The notes under the pieces are model-generated. The model made no database searches and had not been told where the DNA came from. It saw only the letters and a list, made by a program, of their open reading frames with translations. Positions 13,168 through 25,006 of a DNA stretch of 64,000 nucleotides are shown here, in pieces. The translations under genes were made by a program, and so were the position numbers. Each line of letters opens with the position of its first letter. Positions within the stretch are counted from its first letter, which is position 1. Origin of the DNA: Coniocarpon cinnabarinum (Eukaryota); NCBI GenBank assembly GCA_051942205.1, contig JAVECO010000006.1, positions 62,001-126,000 of the forward strand, written 5' to 3'.

Positions 13168-16100
13168 TCAATGACACACCAGACACCGCCACTTCCTCCG
13201 CCCCTTCTCATCACTCTCAACACTCAACCCTCGATTCTTCATCCCCTCATCGAGACACGCAGAGTGGAACAAATGGCCACAAGCAAAAGATATCAAACCC
13301 ATCTTCTCTCCTTCTTTGCTCTCCTCTCGCTGTGCCATGACCTCGCGCCCTTTACCCTTTATCCGACGCTCTCCTGCAGAGGCATGGGGTCTTTGATTGT
13401 CAGCGACACGCTCTTCTTGTCGCTTTCGTCGCTCAGCCCATTCGTCCCACACGCGTGCACCTGCGCCGACACCCCATGTTCGTTCACCGCACCGCGCACA
13501 CGCGCGACCAGCGGGTCGCCATCCCCGCTGTCGCGCTTTGACGACATCCGCATACTGCGCAAAGACATCTTTAGAGATGAGTTTATACGAAAGCGAAAGC
13601 AGAGAATGAGAAAAGGTGTGGGCTTCGAAGATGGAGGTCAAGATTGGAAGCAATGTTGACGTTGACGTCGACGTTGACGAGTTGGCAGTGGAAGTACGAG
13701 TGGTTGTGCTTGAAAGCGTGCTGGAGCTGGATGAGAGATGTGCGAGGAAATGGCCGAGGATGGGGAGCAATCGAATCTGAGCGTCATGTGATTGTTGCGC
13801 TTGAGGCGCGGAGGTGGATGAGTGCGCTGAGGATGTTGTCGCGGCGAGGAGCGCGGTGAAAGTGTCGTGGACGTCTCGACGAAGGTGGTCGTCTACGTCT
13901 TTCAGATGCTGGTCTTCTGTCTCTGAAGAATTTGCGAGAGTCGCGGTGAAGGCGCGTGAGAGGTCCGTCATGGCGTTTGCGAGGTCAAGCCAGAGTGTTT
14001 CGGTAGGCGACAGTGTTGTATCTGAGAGGTCTGAACGTTTGAGTTTGGTTGCTGTGGATGAATTATGCTGCTTCTGGCCTTTTATGGCTTTGTTGGAAAT
14101 AGATCCATGACAGAGCCAAATACCCATTTTCGTGTATTTATCAACCTCCGCAACGAGGTCATCAAGACTGTTTGAATGCTGCGCGTTGAATATTCCAACG
14201 AGAGCTGTTTGAAGTGAGCGTAAGTGCTGTATGAGCCGGTCAAGGGCTTGTCGCTGGAGGCCTTCGTTCGCCATGAGCACTACAGCTGCATCAATCACGC
14301 CAGTACGTTCCATCACTGGCAGGACGCTGTCGAGCTCTAGAGAAGAGGAGCCGATGGTGGTGAGGTAATTGGCAACCTGAGCAGGGTCAAAGACGCACAT
14401 GAGCTCAATGTAGGCGGTGCGGTGTTGGTTCAAAAAGTCAAGGACCGTCTGTGCCAGAGAATTTCCAGCTTGCTCGCGTTCCAGCAGTGCTTGCAAGAGC
14501 AAGTAGCGCGCTTGATCTGCGTCATCGAGCTTGTCGTAGACAGACTGAAGCAAGTCTGGGGCGGACGACTGCAGCGTCAAAGCCGTCGCTGTCACATCCA
14601 GCTCCGCAAGTTGGTTGGAATGCTCCACTATGATTGCCTTGACATCCCGCAGTTGTCGCTGGCTAAGGCCCAAGAACACACTAAAACAGTCTCGTATGGT
14701 GGTGAAGACTGCTTCTGGATCTTCGGGGTCATCGAAATACGTCTGGAGCCATTTCGAGAAGTTCCGGTCTGCTTTGTAAGTGGCTTTGAGAACTCGGTGA
14801 AAGCGCGCTTTTTCGAACAGAGCAATGAGGTTCTGAGTGTCTGAGGGCCTGAAGACGGATAGTAAGTACTCAACCGATAGCTCACATTCACTTCCAAGCT
14901 CTGCCTCAGGCGGGGTGCACAACTCTGTCAAGATGTTTTGTAATGTACGTCCAGGCAGCAGGATATATTGCGGATATTTTGGCAAGTTGCGGGCGATGAA
15001 GATGTCGAGATAGATGCGATCGCTTATATCATAGCTACCGGGTGCGAGGACGTCAAGCAACGTGTGGACAATGCGTTGCCTATTGATTGAAAATGTCGTT
15101 CGTTGTAAGGCGTCGTCTTCGTCTTCAGATGAGTCTTCCGTGGTCTTGTCATTCAAGAACGGATCCTCGAATGCTTCATTGAGAACAGTCATGAACTCGG
15201 ATGTGGAAAAAGACAGAATGGAGCGGATTGGTGCATAACCCGTAGATGCAAATAGATACCTGTAGATGGCCGCTTGCGCTGTTTGTGCATCCGCTGTGTT
15301 CATCTCACTGCCTTCGGGGTAGACACGACCTGTCATTATATACGCCATGTACGGGAACATCTTCATTGCCGATTGGCGCTCGGTGGACTGCTCGTGATCC
15401 TCGACATCGCTTTCGGAAAGGTCTTCGGCCACGCTGATCAATTCTGCCAGTGGTGTCACATAATCCTCGACGGCCTCATTCCAAACATAAATGAAGGCAT
15501 CCCACAAATTGAGCTGCTTACACATGGTTGTAACTTGGTCGATATCCAGTGTGGCGGTGTTGAGAGACACGAGCATTTCTTGCAGTCGCTGCGCCATCCC
15601 AAGCGAAGCGTACCAGTTCATCATATTTTTCAAGGCTTCAGTAGGGACACTCGTGACTTGTTGCTGCACGATGCGGGGTTCGAGAGCGTGGAAAAAGGCG
15701 TCGTGGCACGAGGCGTCCGCATACCATTCGTAGACTTCTTGAAACAGGAAATCCACTTCATCCATCTCGATGCATGCGGTGAACATCGGTTCGACGAGCT
15801 CTTGCAGCGCTGACCTCAAGTCTTTGCCAAGCTCGTCAGATTCATCCATCTTGAAGGTGTAGCGAAGAGCTGCGGAAATCATGGGGAGCAGACGTTCCCT
15901 GACCATGGGATTTCGAGCACTATCTTCGTCGGGGAGACCGACCGTGACTTTGTCAGCAGTCCCGTTGTAGTACACTGTTGCCAGCTCAATCGCTTCGATC
16001 AGTCGGCCTGCTTCCATCATTGCGACAAGACGGTCTGCCCAGTTTGAAAGCGTGCCCATGGAGACGTCACTCGAGTCTAAGAGAAACAGCCGGCTTTTGT

Positions 16101-17941
16101 AAGCCTTAAAGCTCATCGTGTATGCGTCTGGGACGACGCCATGCATCGTTTCGTCTTCTTGATCTGCTTTGCTGACAAGTGGTTCGAGCCGACGAGAGAA
16201 CAAGTCGCGATGGTAGATATGCCGCGGATTCAGGTCGGACGTATCAGTTACATGCATCGTCTGATCCTCAAGGATGACAAGGCGCTGTGTGATCGTGAGA
16301 AGAGCAATTACAGACCGACTAATCCATTGAACCGCGACGATCGCTTCTTCGCTCTTCCAGTGCCTCCGCACATGAAAATGCAGAGGAGGTCGCTTGTCTT
16401 CTTCGTTAGACGGAACTTCCTCACACTCGACTTCCATGACAGACAAAACATTTGACCAACAGTAGACCAGCTTTGTCTTTGCGACTCTCAAAGCTTTTCC
16501 ATCTTTCGAAGACTTGAGTTTGACCGCCGGAAACCACGCCAGACATCCTGTCATAGCTCCATGTGCAGCTGTCTCTTTAGTTCGAGCGCATTTGAATTGA
16601 GTTTGGGCAACGGGTGTGGTGGAGACGATGACCAATAGGTAAGGGGTGAGGATGGCAGTCAGACCAATGTCGTCTGTGGGCTGAACAATGTTTCCTAGAG
16701 GTAAAGGAGCAAATGCAAGAACCGTGCTAGGTTTAAGATTTAACGGCTGCAAGTGGCCTGGCTCAGGATATCTTCCAAGTAAACGTGTTGTCTTCACTGT
16801 GCGCCCCACGGCGCCCATGCCTCTCGTCGCCAAGTGGGAGAAAGCCATACCACTGTCATCGGCGGATACTAAAGCAGTATGTCTCGTCCCGAGAAAGCCA
16901 ACGTGAAGTACAGCCTGGTCTGACACATGACCGTCACCTACTCTCTCCCGCAAATGTTTGCGGGGAAGCGGTGGGATAGTCAGAAATGGCTTTGCAGAGC
17001 TACTCAAGTCCCAAGTGAAGATGAATCCACTGGCATGTCCAGCTGCAACGGTTGTGTGGTCTCCGGAAATCGCCAAAGCCGTGACGGCTCCACACTCGGC
17101 AGCCGGCGTGCCCTGCCCAATGATATTCTTTAGATTCTGCTGAAAGTCGAACAGAATGAGCAGCCCCTTGGAGGTCCCTACAACAATTGAGACGCCAACA
17201 GCCAGGTAAGTGGGAGCGCCAAAAGCGCGACGTGCCGCTTCCGAAAACAGCTGAGAAGAAACCTTGCGGAGCTTCGACCACCGGATCACTTCCCACGGCT
17301 TCTGATCCTCTGTGTCGCCGTCTGCAGAGGCGCTGGTAATCTGGCTCGAAGTAGACGATTGACGTGAATGTGCGGTCAGAAAGGCAGGAGAAGCTGGTCG
17401 TACAGAGGCGAGAGATGATACAGACGAATTCCGTGCCTGAGCGCGCCGTTCAAAGGGCTGCACAGCGCCTGATCGCCTCCGAAAGGACAGCGTCGACGAT
17501 GGCCGGCTGCTTTGTGGAGTGAAGCTACGAGGAGAGGAACCCTGCACCTGGTCAGCGCTTTATTTTGTTTAGATGCTGCAGTGGTGGCACAACCTGAGGC
17601 GAAGGGCCATTGAAGATGGAAGAATCTGAAGCTTCCCGTTCGGCTTGCAGTTCCTGGTCTAGTGAAGGCAAAGTGTCGTCTTCTGGATTTTCTTGCAAAG
17701 AGTCTGCTTCATTGTAGAGATCTTCTACATTGTCGATGTCACCGCCTTCGTCCTCTTCGTTGACAGAACTGTCATCAGACGCGCCTACTATCTTTCGTGG
17801 TTCGTCCAAGTGAGGTGAATCATCCGCGTCTTCACGCCAGACATCCGGCGCGGTCGCGAAGCTGTCATCAACGTCCGCGTCGTTGATAATATCGTTTGCG
17901 ACTCCATCGTTGAGCTGTTTAGCACCAGGCGGAGAGGTCAT
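13168..17941 (-). CDS. VPS8: CORVET subunit Vps8; intron from 17593 to 17548 or 17542
   Basis: PWEVIRWSKLRK, WD-like propeller (VGTSKG, SGDHTTVAAGH), Vps8 core (WADRL, QLNLWDAFIYVWN) and C-terminal RING-H2 (CARC..FACGHLFHSAC..CLVC). The acidic upstream ORF is joined by a phase-0 intron with a weak GTTGTG donor. Confidence 0.92.
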
Positions 17942-18465
17942 GAAGCTGCATTAAGGAGATGGTTCATTGCTCCGCCCATAAGTCCGGGATAGCAACAAGC
18001 GCAAGGGTGTTGTATTTCACGAATGAAGCATTCGCAAGCGCTCAGACGTTGCCCTGAAAGTCGTATGGATGGTGGTCATTGAAGGAAGAAGCGGCACGGG
18101 AGCGCGCGGAGTCTGCTGACGGTGGGTAGAACGCGCCAACATAGTGACCTAAAGCCCCCAAGCTTAGGGGCCTCTACGGGCTAGCCACCCCTAACCTTGT
18201 GGGGCAAGGATGCCAGCATTGGCGATTGTCGGCAGGGTGTCACTTGTCAACGTATATTTACGTTGCGAGCCATGGCTGGCATCGCACGTGACGCGGTGCG
18301 GTGCATCAACAAACTGAAGAGTTTCCCTTGTCACACCTGCACAGGGCAACGCTGGGTCGCCGCCACACATCGAGGATCGACAAGCCTCAAGTCGATTGTA
18401 CCTAGTTCTTGACGCAAAGTCCGCAGCCTTTCTACGAACCCTAACTACCTGTTGCGTCGCGGAAT

Positions 18466-19272
18466 ATGGCTGCTAACAAGCCCGCCATTGGTCCTGCAAT
18501 GCCGCCACACCTGTATAAACGAGATCGTGATTCAGGGGAAGACTCAGACCATGTGTCAAACGCAGCTAGTTCAGCACCGCCGGCGGCAAAAAAAGCTCGC
18601 ACGATGGGTCCTGCGCCGCCTCCTCCACGGATCTCTACACAAGACGACGACAGTGACGATGATGAGGACGACTGTGGTCCCGCCCTCCCTGGGTCTGCTC
18701 CGGCGCTACGCGACGGCCTAATCGCATCTCAGCCAAAGGAAAGCGGTCAAAACTGGGACAAGAATCAGTTGCCCTCGCAGACTGAGCAAAAATCTTCAAG
18801 ACGAGAGGAGTGGATGATGATGCCACCCGAGGCTGACGATCTTGCCACAAAGATGGATCCCACGAAGATTAGGGCGCGGAAGTTCAACTCAAAGACAACG
18901 AGCAGCGGGGATGGCATGAACAAGAGCTGGACTGAGACACCCGAAGAGAAGCGGAAAAGATTAGAAGATCAGGTACTAGGTGTTTCGAATGGGAAGCCAA
19001 CCGGACAGGAATCAAAGAAAGACTCAGGACCGAAAACTGGAAAAGATGAACAGAATTTTACGAGGAAACAGGTCGGACCGAGCCTTTACGAAATGCATAA
19101 ACAAGATCGGCAGCATCGTGTGGATGAAGAAGCTGATGATCCAACGAAACGTGGTTTCGATTGGGAGAAGGATATGCAAGTCAGTGGAAGAGTGTCAAAT
19201 AAGCAAAAGAGAGATTTGTTGGGTAGCGCGAAGAACATGGGAGGGAGATTCTCTAAAGGGACGTCCTTATGA
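18466..19272 (+). CDS. GPALPP-motif / DUF3752 protein (GPALPP1-like)
   Basis: Repeated IGPAMPP, MGPAPPP and CGPALP; REEWMMMPP, WTETPEEK, GPSLYEMH, FDWEKDM, RFSKG. Confidence 0.85.
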   Translation: MAANKPAIGPAMPPHLYKRDRDSGEDSDHVSNAASSAPPAAKKARTMGPAPPPPRISTQDDDSDDDEDDCGPALPGSAPALRDGLIASQPKESGQNWDKNQLPSQTEQKSSRREEWMMMPPEADDLATKMDPTKIRARKFNSKTTSSGDGMNKSWTETPEEKRKRLEDQVLGVSNGKPTGQESKKDSGPKTGKDEQNFTRKQVGPSLYEMHKQDRQHRVDEEADDPTKRGFDWEKDMQVSGRVSNKQKRDLLGSAKNMGGRFSKGTSL

Positions 19273-19430
19273 AATCTGACTGCGTGTGCAGTTAGGAGGT
19301 TATCCAGTGCGCTTTCTCAGAAGCTAAGTATCCAAACTTTGCGCGACGATGCGTCTGAGATCGCGCACTGTTCGAGGAAGCGAGGTTGCTGCAGTACTGG
19401 ATAACTCAGCCTCTGATCCATAACGCCGTC

Positions 19431-21053
19431 CTACCACCATGGATATGTTGCAACCGGTCTGATCGGTTCCCTCTTCGCGCATCTCTTCGTCGAGCCGTCG
19501 CTGAATGTTGCTTCCATCATCACCATGTTGTATTGCAGGCAGATGCCGCATCGCTCATGTTCACATAGCTTGCACGCTGGAACAGCGTTCACGCTGAGGC
19601 CGGAATTGATTGGATACAGCGTCGCATCGGGGAATTTGAATTGACATTTACAGCACTCCCAACTATGCTGCCAGTTCTTGACAGAGACGGCACATTCAGG
19701 TAGGTCTCGAGGGGTGATAAGCTCGTCTGAGGTTCGAGCGAAGTAATAGTCGTATAGCATGGTGCGAGCCTCGCTAGCCTCGCTCAGAGCCAACCAGCAG
19801 CCTTGCATTGTGACATTGGGACCGGTGAGAAACCGGCGATATTCTTCTGGTATTGGCCGCGGCGGCAGTCGGGCAAAAGACTGAAACTTGTTCGTCGCTT
19901 GGAGAAGTGGCGAACTTGGTCGACGTTTCTGAGCACTCGATGGGTTATTCTGTGGATGGGTGACCATCAGAGATGGGTTGGGACCTGTAAGTGTTCTGTT
20001 CTCGACAAATACTGGTTCTGCTGAGCCCTTGTGTTGCGGTGACTTCTGCAAAACATCCGAATGACGTTCCGACTGGTCTATGGTCTTCCCATTATCCGCT
20101 GGGAGAAAGCCAACAGGAACAGTCCGTGTTTCTGATCGACTATCAATTCCTGCAAAGGTTCTCCCAGGAGTGATAGATCCAGGAGAATCTCCGCTGATTG
20201 TGCTGGATCCTGATGATGGCTGCTGCAGCGTAGAGTCAGATTGACAATTTTCTGCACTTTGTTGACGTTGCTGGTTATTATCAGAAGTTGCCTGCTGCTT
20301 TGGCGTTGCTTGTGGAGCAGGTGGATTCTCCTTGCAGGCCTTCGAGTGGGCAGCGGCGGCGGCGGCAGCGGCAGCGGCTTTCGCACGCCGTGTTTGGACC
20401 ATTTCTCCAGCAACTTTTTGTCGTTTGTGAGGGAGAGCTGGCACAAGAAAGCCATCACTGTCAGAAACACCTTGATCTAGGCCCGACGCGGGCTCCGCGT
20501 CGCGCGTGTGGCGACTATTCTTGCCTTTACCGCGTTGCGTAGTTGCATCTGTAGGGAAAATCTCTTCACCTCTTGCCTCGAACGCGTGCTGCCTGGCCGG
20601 TGGACCCTGATGGCTAAGATTTAGCGGCTCGTTGACTATCATTTGAGGCTGATTAGTGGAAAGTGCTTTGCCAGATTCATTGTGCTCTACACCCCTGCCG
20701 GCTTGGGCATGGCTAACTTGGTTTGGCTGTGAGTAACTACTGCTGTTAACTTGCATCTTGTCTCGACCAGACTTGGCCTCCATGAGAGGGCGGCCAGGCC
20801 GATGAGCTGTTATACTGGCCTGATTGTCCTCTCGAGATTTAATCGTACCCGCACAGTTTCCTCGTGACTGTGGCTCGGCTTTGCTGGAAGAAGTTGATCT
20901 CGCGGGATCGCTTATCTTGGAGGAGTGTTTCTGCTCAGTGCAGGAAGTTGGCGAGAGATCATTAACTAACGCTCCGATGTCGAAGAAATTGAGGTTTATA
21001 TCGGTTCGATTTCTACTAGTACGTGACGTGTTCTGCATGTCATTGTCTCCCAT
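19431..21053 (-). CDS. Hypothetical, largely disordered protein with C-terminal Cys/His zinc-ribbon-like motif; 5' end uncertain
   Basis: 540-codon ORF ending in WECCKC...CKLCEHERCGIC. A possible upstream in-frame exon (ATG 21278) could join through an intron at 21055-21141. Confidence 0.65.
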   Translation of the reverse strand: MGDNDMQNTSRTSRNRTDINLNFFDIGALVNDLSPTSCTEQKHSSKISDPARSTSSSKAEPQSRGNCAGTIKSREDNQASITAHRPGRPLMEAKSGRDKMQVNSSSYSQPNQVSHAQAGRGVEHNESGKALSTNQPQMIVNEPLNLSHQGPPARQHAFEARGEEIFPTDATTQRGKGKNSRHTRDAEPASGLDQGVSDSDGFLVPALPHKRQKVAGEMVQTRRAKAAAAAAAAAAHSKACKENPPAPQATPKQQATSDNNQQRQQSAENCQSDSTLQQPSSGSSTISGDSPGSITPGRTFAGIDSRSETRTVPVGFLPADNGKTIDQSERHSDVLQKSPQHKGSAEPVFVENRTLTGPNPSLMVTHPQNNPSSAQKRRPSSPLLQATNKFQSFARLPPRPIPEEYRRFLTGPNVTMQGCWLALSEASEARTMLYDYYFARTSDELITPRDLPECAVSVKNWQHSWECCKCQFKFPDATLYPINSGLSVNAVPACKLCEHERCGICLQYNMVMMEATFSDGSTKRCAKREPIRPVATYPWW

Positions 21054-22516
21054 GCTGAACAAGCGAAGGTTTGTCAATCCAAACCCTCAGCCAAATGCTC
21101 GTTCTTGGACCGTCATATTCTTAGCAAGAGCAAGTACATACTGATGGGAGTAACATTCGTTAGCGCAGTCAACAGCTAGCTCAACAATGTACACATCTGT
21201 CTTTACGTAGCCGTGACGGCATCTAGCACACAGCTTCCTGCTGTCTTCCCATTTGCTCGCATGGCTCGACAAGCTCATATCTGGTGCCCACCTGCATGAC
21301 TTGGCAAGCTCCACCGCCACCTGAGTATGCCGCTTCGAAGCGCGCCCTGCGCATGTGATTATGGGACACAAGTAACGTCATCCCTCTCGTTTGATGTGTT
21401 GATCAGAAGTTTGGGCGCGTGGTTGCCTTACGAATTGTGACGACACATTCGCAGCACTGCAGCCATTAGCGCTGTTCGAGAACAGGCCGAGAGCCGGCGC
21501 AAGACTCGCATCTGCTTCTGAATTTTGGTTGACGATACATCACTGTGTTTTGCGATGGTCAAGGGCCGCACTTTGACCCCTTTAGTTGCGTTCAAGACTG
21601 ACTCGCAGCTGCAGCTTCATGCACGCTGTAGTTCGCAATAGCACTTTGCTCATGGGCAGAGGCGCATCCATCATCTTTCAAAACAATCCACTTGGATCAA
21701 TGTAAATTAGCACCGGCTCAACAAATCTCAACTGATCTTTTTCTCCATCGTCGTTCGATGAAGCTGGGACTTGCTATAAATCGCGTTCAATGTCCTTTTG
21801 CATGTTATTGAGGGATGTAGTCTGACCTATACTTCGTTTGATTGTAGTATTGTGCACCATGTTTGAATGTCTTTGAGATAGCTGGAAGCAATAGTAATGA
21901 TGTTATCAAAACTGCTTTGGTCCTCAAGCTGCATGCGAGAAACCCAAGACACGAAGTCTGGTACGCAGTTGAAGACCATCAGCCGTATGTCATTGCACGA
22001 CGTCGTTACAGATATCTCAGCCGAGGAGTGAAGTCAACTGCGATGCATTATAAAACTAAGAAGGCTAGCGCATATGTGGAGATCTTAGGCCTAGTGACAA
22101 ATGCAAAAGGATCGACGTCTTGGTAACACTGGACCTCGGCTTCGACCACGATCTGATTTTCGGTCAAGAGCATGTCAACAGATATTGGTCACGTTGGTGG
22201 GTGATCTCAAATGGGCAGAAAATGGTCTGATGAACGGCCAGTCAAAGATTCTGGATTTCAGCATGTTCCAAAGAGTGAGGCCGGCAATGTCAAGATCCAA
22301 ACAAGGTTTTAAGGTTGACAATTGAGTTGACCCACATGGCGCACCCAGTCAGATCGAAGCACTGTATTTGGATTACGCCACAACGAAATTTAATACTCGG
22401 AGGCTAGCTCACTGGAGCTCTCTGGGAACGTGCCGATCCCGATGGGAGCTTCTTAAACACCTAAAAGCCTCTATGGCGAAGCTTGAAAAGCTTGTGGGTT
22501 TGCTCGATTGAGCAGC

Positions 22517-23590
22517 ATGTGCAGGATGTTTCTCTCCGCTTTGATCTGTCTCTTGATCGCTTTTGGCTGCAATGGCAGCCCCACGAAGCGACAAGATGGT
22601 CAATTTACCTTTTTTGACCTGGAAACTCCGCTCTCGGGCCCATGCGATCTGGTAGAAGGTCCAGACGGAGCTCTTTGGGGTGAAGCTATACTTGTTAACC
22701 ACATCTTTCGCATCGACATCGCGACGGGGGCTGTAGAAGAATATCCCATTCCCTTCACAAACCCGGTGACGGGAGCCAACACATCACTAGATATTTTCAA
22801 CGACCGAACGGAATTCTCTTGCGCTATTCGTCAAGGCGCTGATGGAAATCTGTACGCTTCGAACGGCCTTAGGAACCAGCTTGTCAAAATCAATCCCACA
22901 ACGAAGTATATCACTGTTCTTACGCCTCCACCCTATAATCCGCTCGGTGATTTGCAACCGTTCAATGATCTTTACACGGCCAAAGACGGCATCTACTTGA
23001 CACAGACATCAGCGAACCTCATCACTTTTTTCAAATTTGCTGACCAGAGTTTCAAAAACTACGAGATTCCTACGCCAGCAAGTTTCCCTCTCGGAGTTTA
23101 CGTTGCTTCGAACGGGTTGGTGGTTGTGGCTGAGTTGATCGGCAACAAGATTGTGACTTTGGATGGCAACACTGGCGAGCTGAATGAATACCCTATCAAC
23201 GAGCCACTGCAAAGTCCAGCTGTCGTCCGAGCACAAACAGCGGATGGTCTCGTCTGGTACTCTCTCTTCACGGGCAACGGTCTTGGCAGTATTGACTTGA
23301 AGACGGGCGAGACGAAAGTCTACCACACCGGCGAGATCGGCGCCCTTTGCGCAGAAAACACGATCGACAAGGGCGGTAACATCTGGTTATCGTTCTTTGA
23401 CATCAACGCGTTGGCAGAATTCGATCCGCAAACCAAGACGTTCAGCCTGGTCAACTTCCCAGACTCCCTCAGCAATGAGCCGCTGGGCCTACCTCCCTAT
23501 GTTGACGTGGCTGTGAATTATGGTCCCGGCGATGCAATATACTTCACCGATGTGTCGCACAATCGGGTGGGAAGGCTGGCTTTGTCGTGA
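22517..23590 (+). CDS. Secreted Vgb (streptogramin B lyase)-like / NHL beta-propeller protein
   Basis: Signal peptide, KR propeptide site, and repeated blades (GPDGALW..RID..TG.VEEYPIP; GADGNLY; DGLVWY; DKGGNIW; GPGDAIYFT..NRVGRL). Intronless. Confidence 0.8.
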   Translation: MCRMFLSALICLLIAFGCNGSPTKRQDGQFTFFDLETPLSGPCDLVEGPDGALWGEAILVNHIFRIDIATGAVEEYPIPFTNPVTGANTSLDIFNDRTEFSCAIRQGADGNLYASNGLRNQLVKINPTTKYITVLTPPPYNPLGDLQPFNDLYTAKDGIYLTQTSANLITFFKFADQSFKNYEIPTPASFPLGVYVASNGLVVVAELIGNKIVTLDGNTGELNEYPINEPLQSPAVVRAQTADGLVWYSLFTGNGLGSIDLKTGETKVYHTGEIGALCAENTIDKGGNIWLSFFDINALAEFDPQTKTFSLVNFPDSLSNEPLGLPPYVDVAVNYGPGDAIYFTDVSHNRVGRLALS

Positions 23591-24036
23591 TAAGGGTCCA
23601 TAGCGATGAGATATGTGTTGTTCTAATACCGTCACGCAAGCGCCGATGATGCATTTCGTTGTAGATCGTCTGCAACCAACTCTTCGCAACGAGAAGGCAG
23701 GAAAGGGATGGCATGGATCATGGCATGCAGCTTTATTGATGACGAATCCCTGGGTCAAGGGCAAAGATTCCTAAATAGGCAACATACCGACGGGCTTGGC
23801 AAAGCAGGTGGTGACAGATGCCTTGCTGGCCATATTCGTCTGCGCCTCAACACACCAACTCGATTTCGTCCCCTCGATCTTCGTCTCCTTCGCCGTCCGT
23901 CGCTCGTTCGTCGTCCTCCTCCTCCTCCTCCTAAAGCTCCTCGTCTCGATCATTGTGTTCAGTCGAGTGCTTGGCATTTGACTGTCCACTGGCGTAAAGT
24001 GTGCAGTGAAGTTGCTGGCTGCATCTCCCTACCGCC

Positions 24037-24845
24037 ATGTCGCTACCATTGAAGGCGCTCCTTCGCAGGCAAGACAATTGCCAGGGAGGCGACTGTTTCA
24101 CGGCTGGCGGCTCTCCAACTGGATCTGCATCTATGCCCACAACCCCAACGAATCCCAACGACACCGACACTGATGATGACTACTGGCCAGACTCGGATGT
24201 ATGTTTGCTGGCGCGCACGAGATAGATGCGTCTGATACTGACCATCGTGTTAGGCTGGTTATGTCACTCGCTACGCCATCCTTGCCGCCATCATAGCCTT
24301 CATCATAATTTGGGTTGTCTTCGGGATTTGGCACGCGAACAGGAGGTTGAAGAGAGGTCAACAGCCTCTGTGGTACCACCGAGTACGTTCCGTCCACTCC
24401 ATGAATCATTGCACCGTGTCGCTCATTAGTCGTGCAGTGGCTGGTTCCAAATCGCTACCGTCGATACCCGAACGTCTACCCCCAACAGCAATGGCCGAAC
24501 GCGAATCCATACGTCGGTCCAACCCAGGGTACCTACGGTCCACCAGGCCAAGCGTATCCAATGCAGCCATGGCCGAATTCTGAGTCCGCACAGCCGCCGC
24601 CACCGGGTATGTTCAAGCTCTTGTGTTCCGCTAGATGTATTCCTGCTTATGTCATGATAGTGTACACCAGCGATCAACCTCCCAGCTACGTCCCTCCACC
24701 CGGTCCTCCACCTGGTCGTGAACCCAAGAGTGCCGAAGCTCACATCTCGCCTGTTACATCACCAGCTGGCCAATCGAACTCGCAAGGTCCAGTGTCGCCC
24801 TTGGAGCCTTCTGCTCCCGGCCCTCAAGCTCCGAGGTATCAGTAG
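24037..24845 (+). CDS. RCR-like single-pass membrane protein with PY motifs; introns 24199-24253, 24383-24437, 24607-24660
   Basis: Spliced: ..YWPDSDAGYVTRYAILAAIIAFIIIWVVFGIWHANRRLKRGQQPLWYHRWLVP...PPPVY..PPSYVPPPGPPP. TM followed by HA.RR..GxxP..YHRWL is typical of the fungal RCR family. Confidence 0.8.
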
Positions 24846-25006
24846 CATGGCAGGATGGACAGAGCAAGCTACGCATATTTGTGGAGGCTGCCAGAACGGA
24901 ATAGATAGTAATTGTGCATTCGATTGGCGTTTGAGCGAGCGTATCCAGCATGAAAACAGCATTGATGTACCACTAATATGAGGGAGTGAGATAAAAACGT
25001 GATCGT

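Noticed and set aside
17547..17552. Apparent frameshift or split in VPS8
   Set aside because: Explained by a short phase-0 intron
18150..18205. Telomere-like TTAGGG/CCCTAA hexamers and GC hairpins between VPS8 and GPALPP1-like
   Set aside because: Isolated single copies rather than an array; compatible with chance
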